From Euglena gracilis (taxonomy: Eukaryota), in the NCBI GenBank assembly GCA_039621445.1, contig CP154954.1, positions 31,644,012 to 31,708,011 of the forward strand: a DNA stretch of 64,000 nucleotides, in the 5' to 3' direction. The notes under the pieces are model-generated. The model made no database searches. It was given only the letters and a program-made list of their open reading frames with translations, and was not told the origin of the DNA. Every line of letters starts with the position of its first letter. Position 1 is the stretch's first letter. Position numbers and translations under genes: made by a program. Shown in pieces: positions 47,019 through 59,500 of the stretch.

Positions 47019-47189
47019 AACTTTCTATCTGAATCAAAAAGTCTGCAAGAAAGAGGGAGAACGAGATGCAGGGTGGGTATAAACGTGAAATATTCACAAA
47101 AAGCACACGGATTCTACAAAACGAATTCGTTTCAGAAAGTGTTCATGTTATTGTCTGTGTTATTGCGCCTATTACACAGCTTCCAATCC

Positions 47190-50100
47190 AGGACTTTTTC
47201 CCTGTACCACCAGAGTTTTACGTCCCTCTGCATGGATTTTCAGGAATCTGAACGTTGCAAAGGATCAGATGACAAAATTTACAATTACGTTTTTGTTGTC
47301 CTCTGTCGGCTGAGTGGGTATATAGTTGCCATTCGAATCACTCCGCTCTGCAATCCAATCACGTATCACAGAAATTAACTCCAACAAACGGAAACCGTTT
47401 TACAAAACGTAAACTCACCTGTGTATAGTCCAGGTGACGGCGTGTGGTAACGGAATAGGCGCACCCGCATGCAACCTTCCAAGCCAGATCACCTTTGGCA
47501 CGCCCCATGCGAAGTTTTAGAGGGGTTAGGTAGTAGCCGGCGATATAAAGTTGCATTTCCCAACCGGATTGAGGACGACCATATGGACGACTTCAAACCG
47601 TACCTAAGCCAACCATACGGAAAACCTATTACCTTCCTATAGTTCAAACCACGTTCCAGATTACATTAAACGGACTACTTTGTGGTCGATAAGATAGTAG
47701 ACCACAAGGTCGACAGGGGTGTTCACTATTGAAAAACTTCACTGGAAAGGGTCTGGTCCAGAGCAGGTCACTTGGGAGCCAGCATCCAGTTTTGTTGGAT
47801 ATATCCAACGATTCTGGTTATAAATACTGTATACCCGAAGACCTGGTTGATGATGTGATTTTGAGCTATCGCAACCACGGTCACCCAGGGCTCCCAAACC
47901 TATTTTACTGCTGGGTCGCAGATACTGCATAATCCTGAGTGAAAAACACATAATGTCGCGCTGGTTGCCAGTTTCTGAACGGTGCCAAACGTGTCAGGCT
48001 GTCAAACCGCACAAAGGTACCCACAGGGTACGATGCATTCCGGGAAAAATAGTTGCAATGGTGACAGAGAGTAATTCTCTCTGGATTCAACATTACGAAG
48101 ACTATTCATAATGGTACCACGCAAGTAATCCTGTTCGCGGAAAATTAGGGGGTAGGAGTCTCGTACACGTAATGCGACGTGGTCAGGCAGTGCGGCCACG
48201 CGGGCGTCTTCCACACAATGGTGAAATGGCGATGCTGCGAAATACACGGGAAACGGGTAGTGAATCGAGCATGTTTTCGTCTGCTCCGTATCCACATGGA
48301 ACTGGTTTGTCTCATGACGGCCATTAAAAGTCGCGTCACCATCATCTGGGTTCCAAGGGCAATACCAGGGGGATCCGCAACCTTTTGCATGTGACCCGGG
48401 GTATAAAAAACCACATGCGCGTAGCTTACTGCTGAAGAAAGCCACAGGTCGGAGCTCATTTGCCGCATTATGCGGACTGGGAACCCCGCCAAAGGGTAAT
48501 CGCTGCTGTCGACTTCCAGGACATAAGGTTCGTATGGATCCGTGGTATAAAGAACCACGTTCTCGAGTAGCAATCCGTTGATTTTGTTCGAGGCCTCGCG
48601 CGTTTGGTCATCCCAAATGACTTTTGAGTTATCGGGTGTCAGATATTTGAGCTGTCAGATTAAGGGTCTCCCAATTTTTGGAAATGTGTTGCATGTAACT
48701 CGCGTAATTTTGGACTAATCCCAAGGATCCGTTTAAAAGCGTTAAAGTCTTAATGACGTCACGAATCCATTTCTTAATGGTCTCCGTTTAGCTTGGTGCG
48801 GCCTTACGGTGCCCGTTGCTCAGGATGTGTCTGCAAAAATTGGTAATTTCGCGGATCAGGTGCCAGCCGTCGTTATTTTGATCAGCTCCTTAGCATTCAC
48901 CAAGAGGGGTCGATATCATCCCAAACCTAAAAAGCAGTGCAATGCGACTACCAGTGTCAATGGGAATCATCACCATGTGTGGTTGTGACTTGGGATGTCT
49001 TTTAGACATCGTCCTATCCCTCCACCCCAAGCACCACACACAGCCCTCCGAACCGCAATTTTTTTGGATACCTGGGGATGTGAATCCGTAATCCATGGTT
49101 CTGAAGTAATTCTTGGATACCCCTTTTTACGTCAGCACCTGCTGGTAGTGGATTGGCACTTCTATGGTTCGCGCACGTCACGTCTCTCTCCATTGCCTCA
49201 CAAACTCTCACCACCTGTGGCATCAACCGGGACGACCACTAATTTTTCTATACCGTCTTCATAAATGTTTTCCCCGTTACCAACTACACCTACAAACGTT
49301 TTCTACACCCTGTGTACCTTGAAAGTTTCATCCATGCCCATTGTTACACCGAATACCGTACCCCAGGAGGCAGGGTAAGCGAGTAGCGGTGTCCCCCTCG
49401 TTCCACTTGGTTTCAAGTCAAAATCACGAAGGCCTGAACTAGGTACGGTGTCGAATAGTCGCCCAGCAGCACCAATATCCAGTTTTCCACCAGATGTGTC
49501 GATTTCAGATAACGTGACCCCCCCTATTTGTCACCCCCCCCTAATAGTCGCCCCCCCTTGGGGGGACAATTAGGGGGAGGGTTACCCATGGACCCATGGA
49601 AATGTGGGGTGAATTGAGAAACCCCCCCTAATTGTCACCCCCCCATAATAATCGCCAGGGGGGTCAAAACGCTCCCAGGGGGGTGCCATATAGGAGGGGG
49701 GTCACGTTACATCTTTACCCCCAGCAGCTACAAGAGCGCGTCCCAACTTCTACACCCCCCCCACCAGACCAACGTGCGCGACCCGGACCACTACTCCGAC
49801 ACTTTCTTCTAATGTGTGCATTGTAGGAGAATTTTTCTCAACCAGACACTAATCTTGTTTTCGCGCACCCCCACACTTGATTGCGCCTCGCAATGCGCGA
49901 CCGTACATCAAGTGCTACAGCAACGAGGTGTTGCATTGTTTTTTGGGACCGCGAAATCCCTGTCACACACCTCCCCCACCTCCATCTGGCACGAGGTGGA
50001 CTGGGAATACACCCAGACAACCCATCCACCTTTGGGAATGCCCCTTGGCAGTGTGGATGACACAACATTGACCTATGCTTGTGGATCCCTGAACTGCGTT

Positions 50101-52690
50101 ACCGCTCTTCAGCCCGCGAACCAGGTCGCGGCGGCGGGAAAGGACAGGTTAAGTGGAACATTCCTGAAAAGGAGACATATGCCATTGCGCTTAAACTGCA
50201 TAAATTGGCAGCTGGATACCAAGCAGCTTGGTCCGGATACTCGTGTTGACGGACCATGCGCAATGCACGCATGGAACACATAAAATTTTGGTTAATACCG
50301 TTTTTTTTTTAGGAATGGTTGTCCAAAATCTCGGATTAGATTCTTTCTCTTTGTCGTTGAAAATTGATGCGCTTTCATCAAAAGTGCATGTGCGCTTTTC
50401 GTGAAAATGTCCCCAACACACCAACACATTTCTTAAATTTTGGGGCGTTAGGGTGCTATGGACCAAAACCACTGAATACCACCGAAGGTCAACGGGTTCC
50501 ACAGAAAGACTTCAAGGGCGCCTTCGCAATCGCGAACAAGGTGAAACCCCAATGGGACGGAGATCCACCCATATGGAGACAGTTGTTCCAGGACTGGGAG
50601 TATTACTGAGTATTGAAGGGACCAACCCAGACATGATCCCGGAGGTAATCAAAATGTAGTTAACCGATTGCCTCCCAAGGGATGAGAGGGAGCGCGCACC
50701 ACAACTTGTCATTCGCAACTGCAGTTCATTTGACGACCTGGTGGAGCAATACGCTTCCAACAGTTCACGTTTGGTCGCTAGGATTCCCTAGAGACCAAGT
50801 GGCGGCAATGCGCCCCACCCGATTGCAGGTGGAAGTCAATTGTCCTCTGGTATGCCAAATTGTTAGGACTTGCCGCTGAAGTGAACGAACTGAGTGAAAA
50901 GCAAATGCCCGAATGTTTTAACGCTGTTCTAATGCATTTCACGCCTGGCTTCAGAAAGGATATCCACTGTGAGGAGTTGGCGGGTCTTGCAATGAGCCTT
51001 GACCAACGTTTGAACTACGTTTCCAAACAGTTGAAGCTATTACAGCTTCTTGGTCAGATTCAAACCGCGTTTAACGCACACCCGACCGCTGGATTACCGG
51101 CTGGTTTGGTGAAAGCATTGCAGAAATCACCAGTTTCACCCACTTCACCAACGACTGGATCGAAAACGCGATATCCGCGTTCTTCGGACCAGGCCACGGA
51201 AAGAATGTGCTTTTTGTGCAATACATCGGGACATAGGTCTCGTGAATGTCCTAATCCGGCTGCGTAAAAGCGCATTCAGTGTCCGCCGGGCTCGACCTTG
51301 TCACGGGGTTCGGTTTCCTTTGCATTTCCAATCCAAAGGGGCAATTCATGGTCATTGTGGCCCATGTTCCGGCGGTGTAGCCTCCTGTTCCCGTTCCGCG
51401 ATGAGCGGAACCACGGTACCACTCGGGTTTGGTACCCCGGTGCCCCTGCCAAGAAGCGTGATTCCTATCGCGAGACATCGCCGTCACGTTCGCGAAGCAG
51501 ATCACCTCTTCACGATACTCATAAGGAACATCCCATACAGCCGTCATGGTCGACGGGATTCCCCCTCACCACGACGTTTTGACGGGTAATCGAGAAACTG
51601 ATTCCCCCGTTACACAGAATCACAACACAAATCCCGGCGTTTGCTTTGAGGATCGAGTGATCACCACTCATCCTAGTGTCCAAGGTCTCGTTCTCCGTAC
51701 CCTGGCCAACATCATCGCGGTATGAATCGCGGTGACAAGGGTCACTCCTCCAACCACCACAAAGTTGGTTTCAAGATATCTTGTTTGGAGGATGACGCCC
51801 CGGCTTGTGGCAGGGAGGAGGATGAAACTGGTGATACGGATTCCGACGAAGCCCTGGTGGCGGTGCGCACGTTGAAATCAGTCTATACCTCCAAAAAGCC
51901 CATAGCTGGCTACTCAGCCAGTTCGGACCGGGAGTAGGGGAGCGCGAGGTCCAGGCATGGATCTGTGGGCTGATGAACAGACGGAGGTACGACTGAAACC
52001 CTCCACCAAAAGGACATACTTTTTGAACGCGGATAATACCGCCCGAACATCGCGATAATGCACGTCCAGGATATCGTCACCCGCTTTCGCGGATGGCGGT
52101 TGGTTTCCCACCAGTACATCATCGAATGTACACCAGAGCAAACGGTAAATCGCACAAAACCCACTGGATAATGCTTTGAAACATGGCTGGCCATTCTTAA
52201 CACCCCTGGCGAGTTAATTCCATTGATACAAACCCTTAGATGTCACGAACGTCGTTTTCGGTTGTGAATCAGGATGCAAATGCATCTTGTAAAAACCGTC
52301 TTCGAGAACAAAGATTGACTATAGTCCGTTATCCGATTGTCTGGATATCAACTGGTCGATCAGAGGTAACAGGAAGGGTTCGTCCTTATATTAGGAGTTC
52401 AGATACCGGTATTCCAGCACCTGCCTCCACTTCTTCTGATCAGACTGTTGAGGGGTTTCGTCACCACAAAAGCCTGTGATGTCCACTCGCTCTTGGAGGG
52501 GTCGCGATTTTCGTGGTGTACTGGATAACCCGGTTTACGCCTGCGACATTGACCCCGCGTTTCGCGGTCCTTTCGGTATTTTGAAAATTGTGCTCAAGGA
52601 TGGCGCAAAGCCCGTTCACCAGAAAATGTTCCGTTTTTCAGGTGAACGCAAACAAGCTCTCAACCAGATGCTTGAGAAGCTCATAAGTGG
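47190..52690. mobile_element. Scrambled Ty3/gypsy chromovirus debris
   Basis: Integrase core SLCMDF..YVFVVLCRLSGY (+, about 47220-47335); chromodomain YFVVDKIVDHK..HWKG.GPE..TWEPASSF (+, about 47675-47800); integrase Zn finger HGHPG..CQTCQAVK (+, about 47870-48010); RNase H YVLEVDSSDY (-, about 48500); protease IDTGS (-) and ILGYPFL (+); gag knuckle CFLCNTSGHRSREC (+, about 51208-51250); RT start IVLKDGAKPVHQK (+, about 52590). Confidence 0.85.
49512..49707. mobile_element. 196 bp Tc1/mariner-type MITE
   Basis: TA-ACGTGACCCCCCCTAT ... ATAGGAGGGGGGTCACGT-TA, internal CCCCCTAAT motifs. Confidence 0.75.
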
Positions 52691-55600
52691 CCTTGAGGTG
52701 TTGACCAGCACTCTTAATGACCGCAGAAATTTGTGCTGAGAGTTTGGTTGTATTCCCATTGTTACAAAGGTATCTGGGATTAGTAGATCGGACATTCCGA
52801 ATGCGTCAAAGAAACAAACACAAAAAATGATTTCTTTAATGGGTGGTAATAGTATATCACAAACATCCTCAAATAGTGGTACATCAGCAGGTAAATCCGA
52901 CCAACAAAAACACACATATGATAAATGGGGAAGCCAATCCGTTTTCGGATTGACACGTACTAGGAGAGCTCCTCGCGCCTCATCGCGGAGGATTTTCTCC
53001 ACTACAACCGGGATGAGTTTTGGGGGAGGGTGCATCTCCCGGATACGCTCGAACACCGAACGTATCTCCTCCGGATTCTTGTCGGAATAGCGAAGTTTCT
53101 GGTGAAGGTGATTCCTGGTACCTGACATCCGGTCGCAAACCCTGTTTGTCACCAGTAATACGGGGACTCTCCGGTGTGGAGGTATGTCGCGCATGCGACA
53201 TGTGACCCAGTCCCAGTGGAAGGGTTTGGCTCATTCCGCGCACAAGCATGAAATTTTAGATTTTTTTGCTGGAGACTCGGCGGAATCGCCGTGTTTTCCG
53301 AGAATTTGTTTCCCGTCATGAGAAAGTTACCCGAAAACTGGGATTGTGGTGTGGGCAATGACAACGGGAGCACAATTCGAATAATCGCGGACTGCGACAC
53401 ACTAAAGCGGGTGGTGGTAGTGCGTGTTCACCTGGAGTCGGGTTTTGGTGACGCCACTCTGATACATTTGGCGCATATTTGGCAATCTATACTGCCGGAA
53501 TGCAGTGTGAAAACCTCTGTGGGTTGGATGAGTTGTCCACACTCACAGACAAGTCTGGCAAACTTTTTTTCAAATGCTCAACAGACTGGTGGTGGCCGCA
53601 AGTACGGTCAAACTCTTGCTCCAAAGCGTGAGTACGCTTGCGGTAACGGGAGAAATCCACCCAAATCTAAATCCTTTCGGAAATTACGGTGACATCTTGG
53701 ACAAGTTTCCCTTAGACTCATCCAATATTTGGACTTGTTCCGTTAATTATTTTACAGCGTTTGAGAGAATCTGAAAAGGTGGTGTTACCTTGGTTGGTCT
53801 GGTGGTGGGTACAACCGGTGCAGGGTTATCAGACAACGCGGTTGTGGTACCCACGGACAACTTTTCCGGTCGTGGTTTATCCAACAACGCGTAAGATTGG
53901 TCATCAAACCTTGTAATCTCACCTTGCGTGGATCGAGCATTCGGATTCACCTGTTTCTGAAGCCGTAATAGGGTGTTGCAGACACCTTGTAAGGTTTTCC
54001 TAATTACCAGTGAGCATTTTGTCGTAAAAAGCTTTGAATTCAGGGTTCTCGGTAATCCGGGAACGCAGACCTGCAGGCATGGACTTCATTTTCGTTAGCT
54101 TGGTGGACACCGAGGTATACCAGTTCCGAGTTCCCCAATAGCTTTTTGAGTACATCTAATGTCAAGAACTGTTGGGTAAGTGTGGAATACTTTTGTTGCA
54201 AGCCAACAATGACCGAATTAATACTGCCAATGTCGAATTGTAACTGTAACTGCAGATAATTCTGTCGTTGTGCTACCTCCGCTACTTTTGATCTCAGATT
54301 TTAATAATCCAACCCGATTCGCGTCACAGTAGCAGGTTTTCTCCTCCAAACAGGAAAATTGCTCTACCAACTGCCGCACATACGCGTGAGGAGCAGAATT
54401 TTCTTTGGCGTATGACTGGAGTTGCCGAAACGTTTCCGTTTCCACGCACAACTGCATAATGCGGTGTTGCGATTCATGGAAAGTTGCAGATAGGGTAGTG
54501 AAGTGGTCCATAGACACAAATCCACCAATGCTGGTTGTTGCAGACCAGGAATCTCGTGTATGCAGCTGTTGTTGCAACTGCAACAACATGGATGAACAGG
54601 ACTCCATTTGTCACGATAATTGCTGTAGTGAGTCATGCAAGTGCAGAAATTTGGAGTCATTCCGCGTTTCCGCTTCATTCATGCATTCACTAATTAGCTG
54701 GAAGTTTTTCGGGAATTTTTTGACACATTTCGTCATTGGTTTCCCGAAATTTTGCAAGGTCAATACCTGCACTTTCGAAATGCCGCTGACAGCATTTGCC
54801 AACTTCCTGCACGTAATTACAGCAGTATTCCAGCTGGTAAGGACGTATTTCTGGTTGTCCTTATTAAACTGGAGCACTTTTGTTCAGTGCGGTTGCACAA
54901 TCTGCAACACGTTGTTGCACTTGGTTGAACTACCTCACAAGGGGGTGATCCCCTGAAAGCCCAGCAACGATATCCTGCACATCCTCAGCAGTGAGGGGCT
55001 CCCCAGTGCCCTTGCCCGGGTCATCCATGGTTTGAGATGCACCAGAGAATTCCGGTACCACAAGGCGATCTCCGGCTGCCAAGGTAGTTAGGGATAACAC
55101 CCATGCTCAGGTTTTGGTGGATGAGCTCTGGAATGGTTTGCCGGTGGAACAGCGGGTGGTCGTTGAAAAAAACATGTGGTTTCCAGCCCACCATCACCAG
55201 AGAATCCCGGTGGAGGAATCACCACGTGTCTATCCGGTGTGAGCAGCTGCACCATTGCCGCAGACAGAGACGAATACCCCCGTTGTGGCAGGGTGAGTGA
55301 GGAAGAGGCCGCGTTGGCCCCTGAAGCCAGTGATGTGGAGGGCTCATCGCGGACCACTGTCACTGAGGCCAAGTGTTTCAAACTTGACAATTGAACCAAT
55401 TGTGTCTCATCGGCGTGGGAACTGGAAGCACTTTCACTTAAAGTCTTCCAATCCCCTGTTTCTTGGTGAATATCTTGCAATGATGCCTGTCGTAAGACAT
55501 AATTGAATTGAGTGTTGGGGCCTGTGCGTTGCTTCTTTTCAATGGCAAAAACAGCAAACACCTACAAAAATAAGCAGTTGTGCTGGCACGAGAGGGCCTG

Positions 55601-55818
55601 TAACGGGCGATACCGTACAGAGCCTTCCGGGTCCTGCTCGTCTGCTTAGACTTTGACTAGAAGCCGGGATCTGGCGCTGAAACCGTGTAATAACGGTGCA
55701 GGGGCCATTCGCTGCCATTCAGCGCAGGATCGAACCAATGTGCTACCAAGTGTAATACTTGATAGCCTTCCTTTCTGTACCTGCTGCATGTGTATGATCG
55801 TCACCTAATCTGCTGCCA

Positions 55819-56116
55819 AGTGTACGTCTTATTCCCAATTCCGAATTGCCCAAAAGCCTTCGCTTTCGCCTTGTTGCAGTTACATAGGAAACTGAAAATA
55901 TTAGCAACAGAGAAAAAACATTTTCGCAACTTCCCCGAGAAGCAAAGCACACAGAGAAGAGGGGGAAAGGATAACGTACTGTAATAAGTCCGAGGAAGAA
56001 AGGCAAAATATATAGTATAAAAGAATACCACCTGTGGAGAGAGCAGGGGAGAGTGAGAAGATCCTAATAGGTTCCGCTGTCATTCCTACTTCCTCATCGG
56101 AAGGGCAGAGAGCAGA
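55819..56116 (-). repeat. Old LTR-like repeat family, copy C (truncated 5' LTR followed by PBS-like sequence)
   Basis: Ends ...GACGTACA-CT-TGGCAGCAGA on the - strand. Confidence 0.7.
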
Positions 56117-56170
56117 CGCCTGATACACAGCCTCCCGTCTCATATCGATTCTTTACCTGGAAGTTCTTGA

Positions 56171-56580
56171 AGTAACCCCCCCCCCAATTAAAAGCCCCAC
56201 GGGGCTACTATTCGGTCACACTGTGGGGGGGCTTCTAATTGGGTACCCTTTGTTTCAAGGAGAAACTTCGGCCGGCGGTCGATCCGGGGATCGAACGGGC
56301 TCCAAGTTTAAAAAATAGCAAGACACAACTATTCTAGTTTTTGGTTGGAGAGGCTATGTTTCAAGGATACTATATATCACTTTTGTTCTCAATTTCGACC
56401 TTTTTTCGTGGAGAAGTTTTGAGTTTTTCACCATTTTTCAGAATTTTTTTCGTCAAATTTCCCCCCGGCGTCGCTGGGGGGTGTTATTTGGATTTTTGGC
56501 GGGAAACCTGAGGGGGGGTCTTCTGTTTGAGCAGGGTTGTTATTTGGGGGGGGGTTCTAATTGTGGGGGGGGGGGATACG
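56171..56580. mobile_element. Tc1/pogo-like MITE (diverged TIRs)
   Basis: GTAACCCCCCCCCCAATTAAAAGCCCC ... GGGGTTCTAATTGTGGGGGGGGGGGATACG. Confidence 0.6.
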
Positions 56581-59500
56581 TGCCTCTCCGCTCAGCACGC
56601 CGAAGCTTACTTTTAATGTCATCAATAACGGCGAACAATGATGGTAACCTTGTCATTTTCTAAAGTGTTCATCTTTCTCGTGGTAACTACCAGATCGCTT
56701 ATCAGCTTGCAAATGCAAATGCAAGGTCTCTTTGCGCGTACACCAGGGGGGCGGGTTGTGCCTTTCGTTAAAATCTGCAGCCTTCCCCGGTTAATGTTGC
56801 AATGGGAAATTCTGTAATCTTTTGCTGTCTTTTCTCATACTTTTGTGGTTTTACCGTTTTATTTTGTTGCTCAACTTTTTTCCCTCCATTCCAAGTCTTC
56901 GTCTAACCACCCGAACCTTTTGCTGAATGCACTCGTCTGTTTCTCGAACTGTACCCCCTTGCAGACGGATACCAAAAACCAAAAGACTGAAAAGAAAACA
57001 TTCCCGCAAACAGGGGAACTATTCCCCTCAAAATTGGCCGCCTTGAGAAACTCAATAAACACTGATAATTTGAGAAAACCTTGATTTCTCAAACAAAACC
57101 TTTCTGATTTCTTTTTCTGAATACGCCACCAGGGCGTTATTAAAATTTAGTTCTTTCATGCAAACAGATAGTTCTCGGGCGTAACGATGTAAAAAGAGCT
57201 CTAAACCCACACCACCCCCAGTTCGAAGCGCGTGGCCGCCACAAGCGCAGGGACCAAAAAAAATTGCACCACCCGCTGTCCAGGGGGGAGGTCCACCACA
57301 CGCTCACCCCTCATTTTGATGGTATTTCTAGGAAGTAAACAAAAAAAGGTCCAAAAAAAAGCGCGCACCCCACCGCCAGAGGCTTAAGTCCGCTATAAGC
57401 GCACCCTTGCTTTTATTAGGGAGGAGAGGTTTTTTGGTTACCAGGCGTTATCATACTCAACCCAACCCTTCCGTTCCTCAAGAAATTGTAATTGTCGGTG
57501 CACACTCACCTGGGGTAGTGCCATGTTCTCGGTTTGGCTTGGGTAAAAATTGAAAGGTAGCGGCCCCAAAAGAGTTAGTCTTCCACCTCGATTTTACATT
57601 TTGCGATGTGCACACCAGGTGTCACCTCAATCTTGTATGAACCTTGCAGCAGACGCAGGTTTTAACCGAACAAGGTCCCAACCAACGAAGGTTCAAGCTT
57701 GCTTGCAAAGTCAGTGGAGGAAAACACCAAACCTTTTGCCCAGGTTCGAGAGTTTTTTTTTAGGCGCTTTGAGAAATTAAAGGCTCGAAACAATGTAAGT
57801 GAGTGCCGTTTAATTTATAAGCACCTTTTGACCCATCACGGAGACTATTTTGAAAAATTTTGCCGCTTCCTTCGCTTCCAGAGGAATGGGAAGAGGAAGA
57901 CTGGCCAACAGCACGATTCTTCCAATAACTAATTCATAGAGGGATAAGCAACTTGCCCTTGGCATGTTGGGGAATATCCTCCTCTCCAATGAAAATAATT
58001 TAATCGAATGTGTGTCCATGTCGTCGCACACCTTCCTAGGGAAAGCTTTGAAATCTTTTCCTTGAAACTCCACCTTACAGTTTTAATCCGCTTGCCCTGT
58101 CGCGCTTCATATCCCCATGCAATCCAAGCAGCACCGCTGGCGAGCAAGCAATAGCCTCAGAAGGGTAAAGTTCGTGGCACGAGGTATCGGACTGGTCCCC
58201 ATTTTTTAATAAAAATTCTGTCTTCCTTTTTTACCCTCCAACCGGCAGGGGATGTCGTCGCAGCACGAAAGGTCCACACATCGTGGGAAACTTCTGGGCC
58301 ACAAACCTTTGGGTTTGAATGATTTTGTCAATTTTTTGACTTCGCAACGGGTCCGAAGGCACAAATGGCATGTCACTCCACATGTGCAGCATTGTGCTCG
58401 CAAATCCTGCCGGAACAAGTCGACCAGGAGGAAAGGGGTCATAACAAAATAACCTTTTTCTCCACCTTGCCGGAGGGAAAGGGAAGGGATGACCCCTCGA
58501 GACTGTGCCATTTCCTGGGGCCGCATTGTCGGGGTCCGGCTGTCTGTCCCTTGTGGGACGTTTGCGGATCGGATATTTCGGTTCCCGGTGGACGAATTCT
58601 TTGGAAGGTAAATCTGGGATGGTGTGAAGCCTCTAGAATGTTCTGTAGGCCATTTCCGGGTGGTAACGGAGGATGAAATTGTTCACCTCTAACGGATACG
58701 GGTTAGAACGAACTAACCTGCCTTTTAACCATTAGGGGCCCGGCTTTCTGTATTTCAAAAAGCAAGAAAGAGGCTCGGACCATGCGAGTCCACATGTGAT
58801 TGAGGGAAAGGAAATTCCGTGTCAGAACGGGGATGGGATCTGGGGATATTATTACGGAGGATATCCCGTGCCACAGGGGCGTGTGGAAAAGTGGTTGGTG
58901 AGTACCCAGAAAAAACGAAGAAAGCCCAAATATGTGTGTATACCAGACGTGTATGCTTTGTGTGTGTAGATTCCTTGGCAGGGAGGGTGACACTGAGTGT
59001 CCCAGGTTGTGCAAGATGAGACGAAAGCACGCAAATACACCGCAGTTCCTACCAGAAGGTTCCTCTTATTTCAACCTGCTTGGACATGATGTGAATACCG
59101 CTTTTCACCTCAAACTCTTCCCAGACCACTCAGTGAATCATCTCCCACATATTGTGCCATACTTGGTAGCAGTTTCTAGATATTTTGTTTAAAAAGGGAA
59201 ATGTCACATGTCATGGGGAAAATGAAGGACAAAGGCTCCTGGGAAGCATGCTCTGCCTAAATCAAAGGAATGCTACGCCGTATTCTGGATTCTCCGCAGG
59301 ACAATGAAAGCCAAGACAAGCGGTAAAAGCAGGACAAACAGGAAAAAGGTGACTGAGGAAATCCAGCAGGAAAATATGCAAGTAACGACGGCGAGAAGAA
59401 AAAAAATTGCTGTCCCTGCTGTCATCCTTTGGTTGGGTCCCAAGGATCATGTAATTGATCGTACGCTTTGGGGTGGTCAGAGCGATGGTCGCTGCGCAAG

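Noticed and set aside
55727-55748. tRNA-Met gene
   Set aside because: Only a 3'-end-like piece with encoded CCA and no D or anticodon arms. Better explained as a PBS on the other strand.
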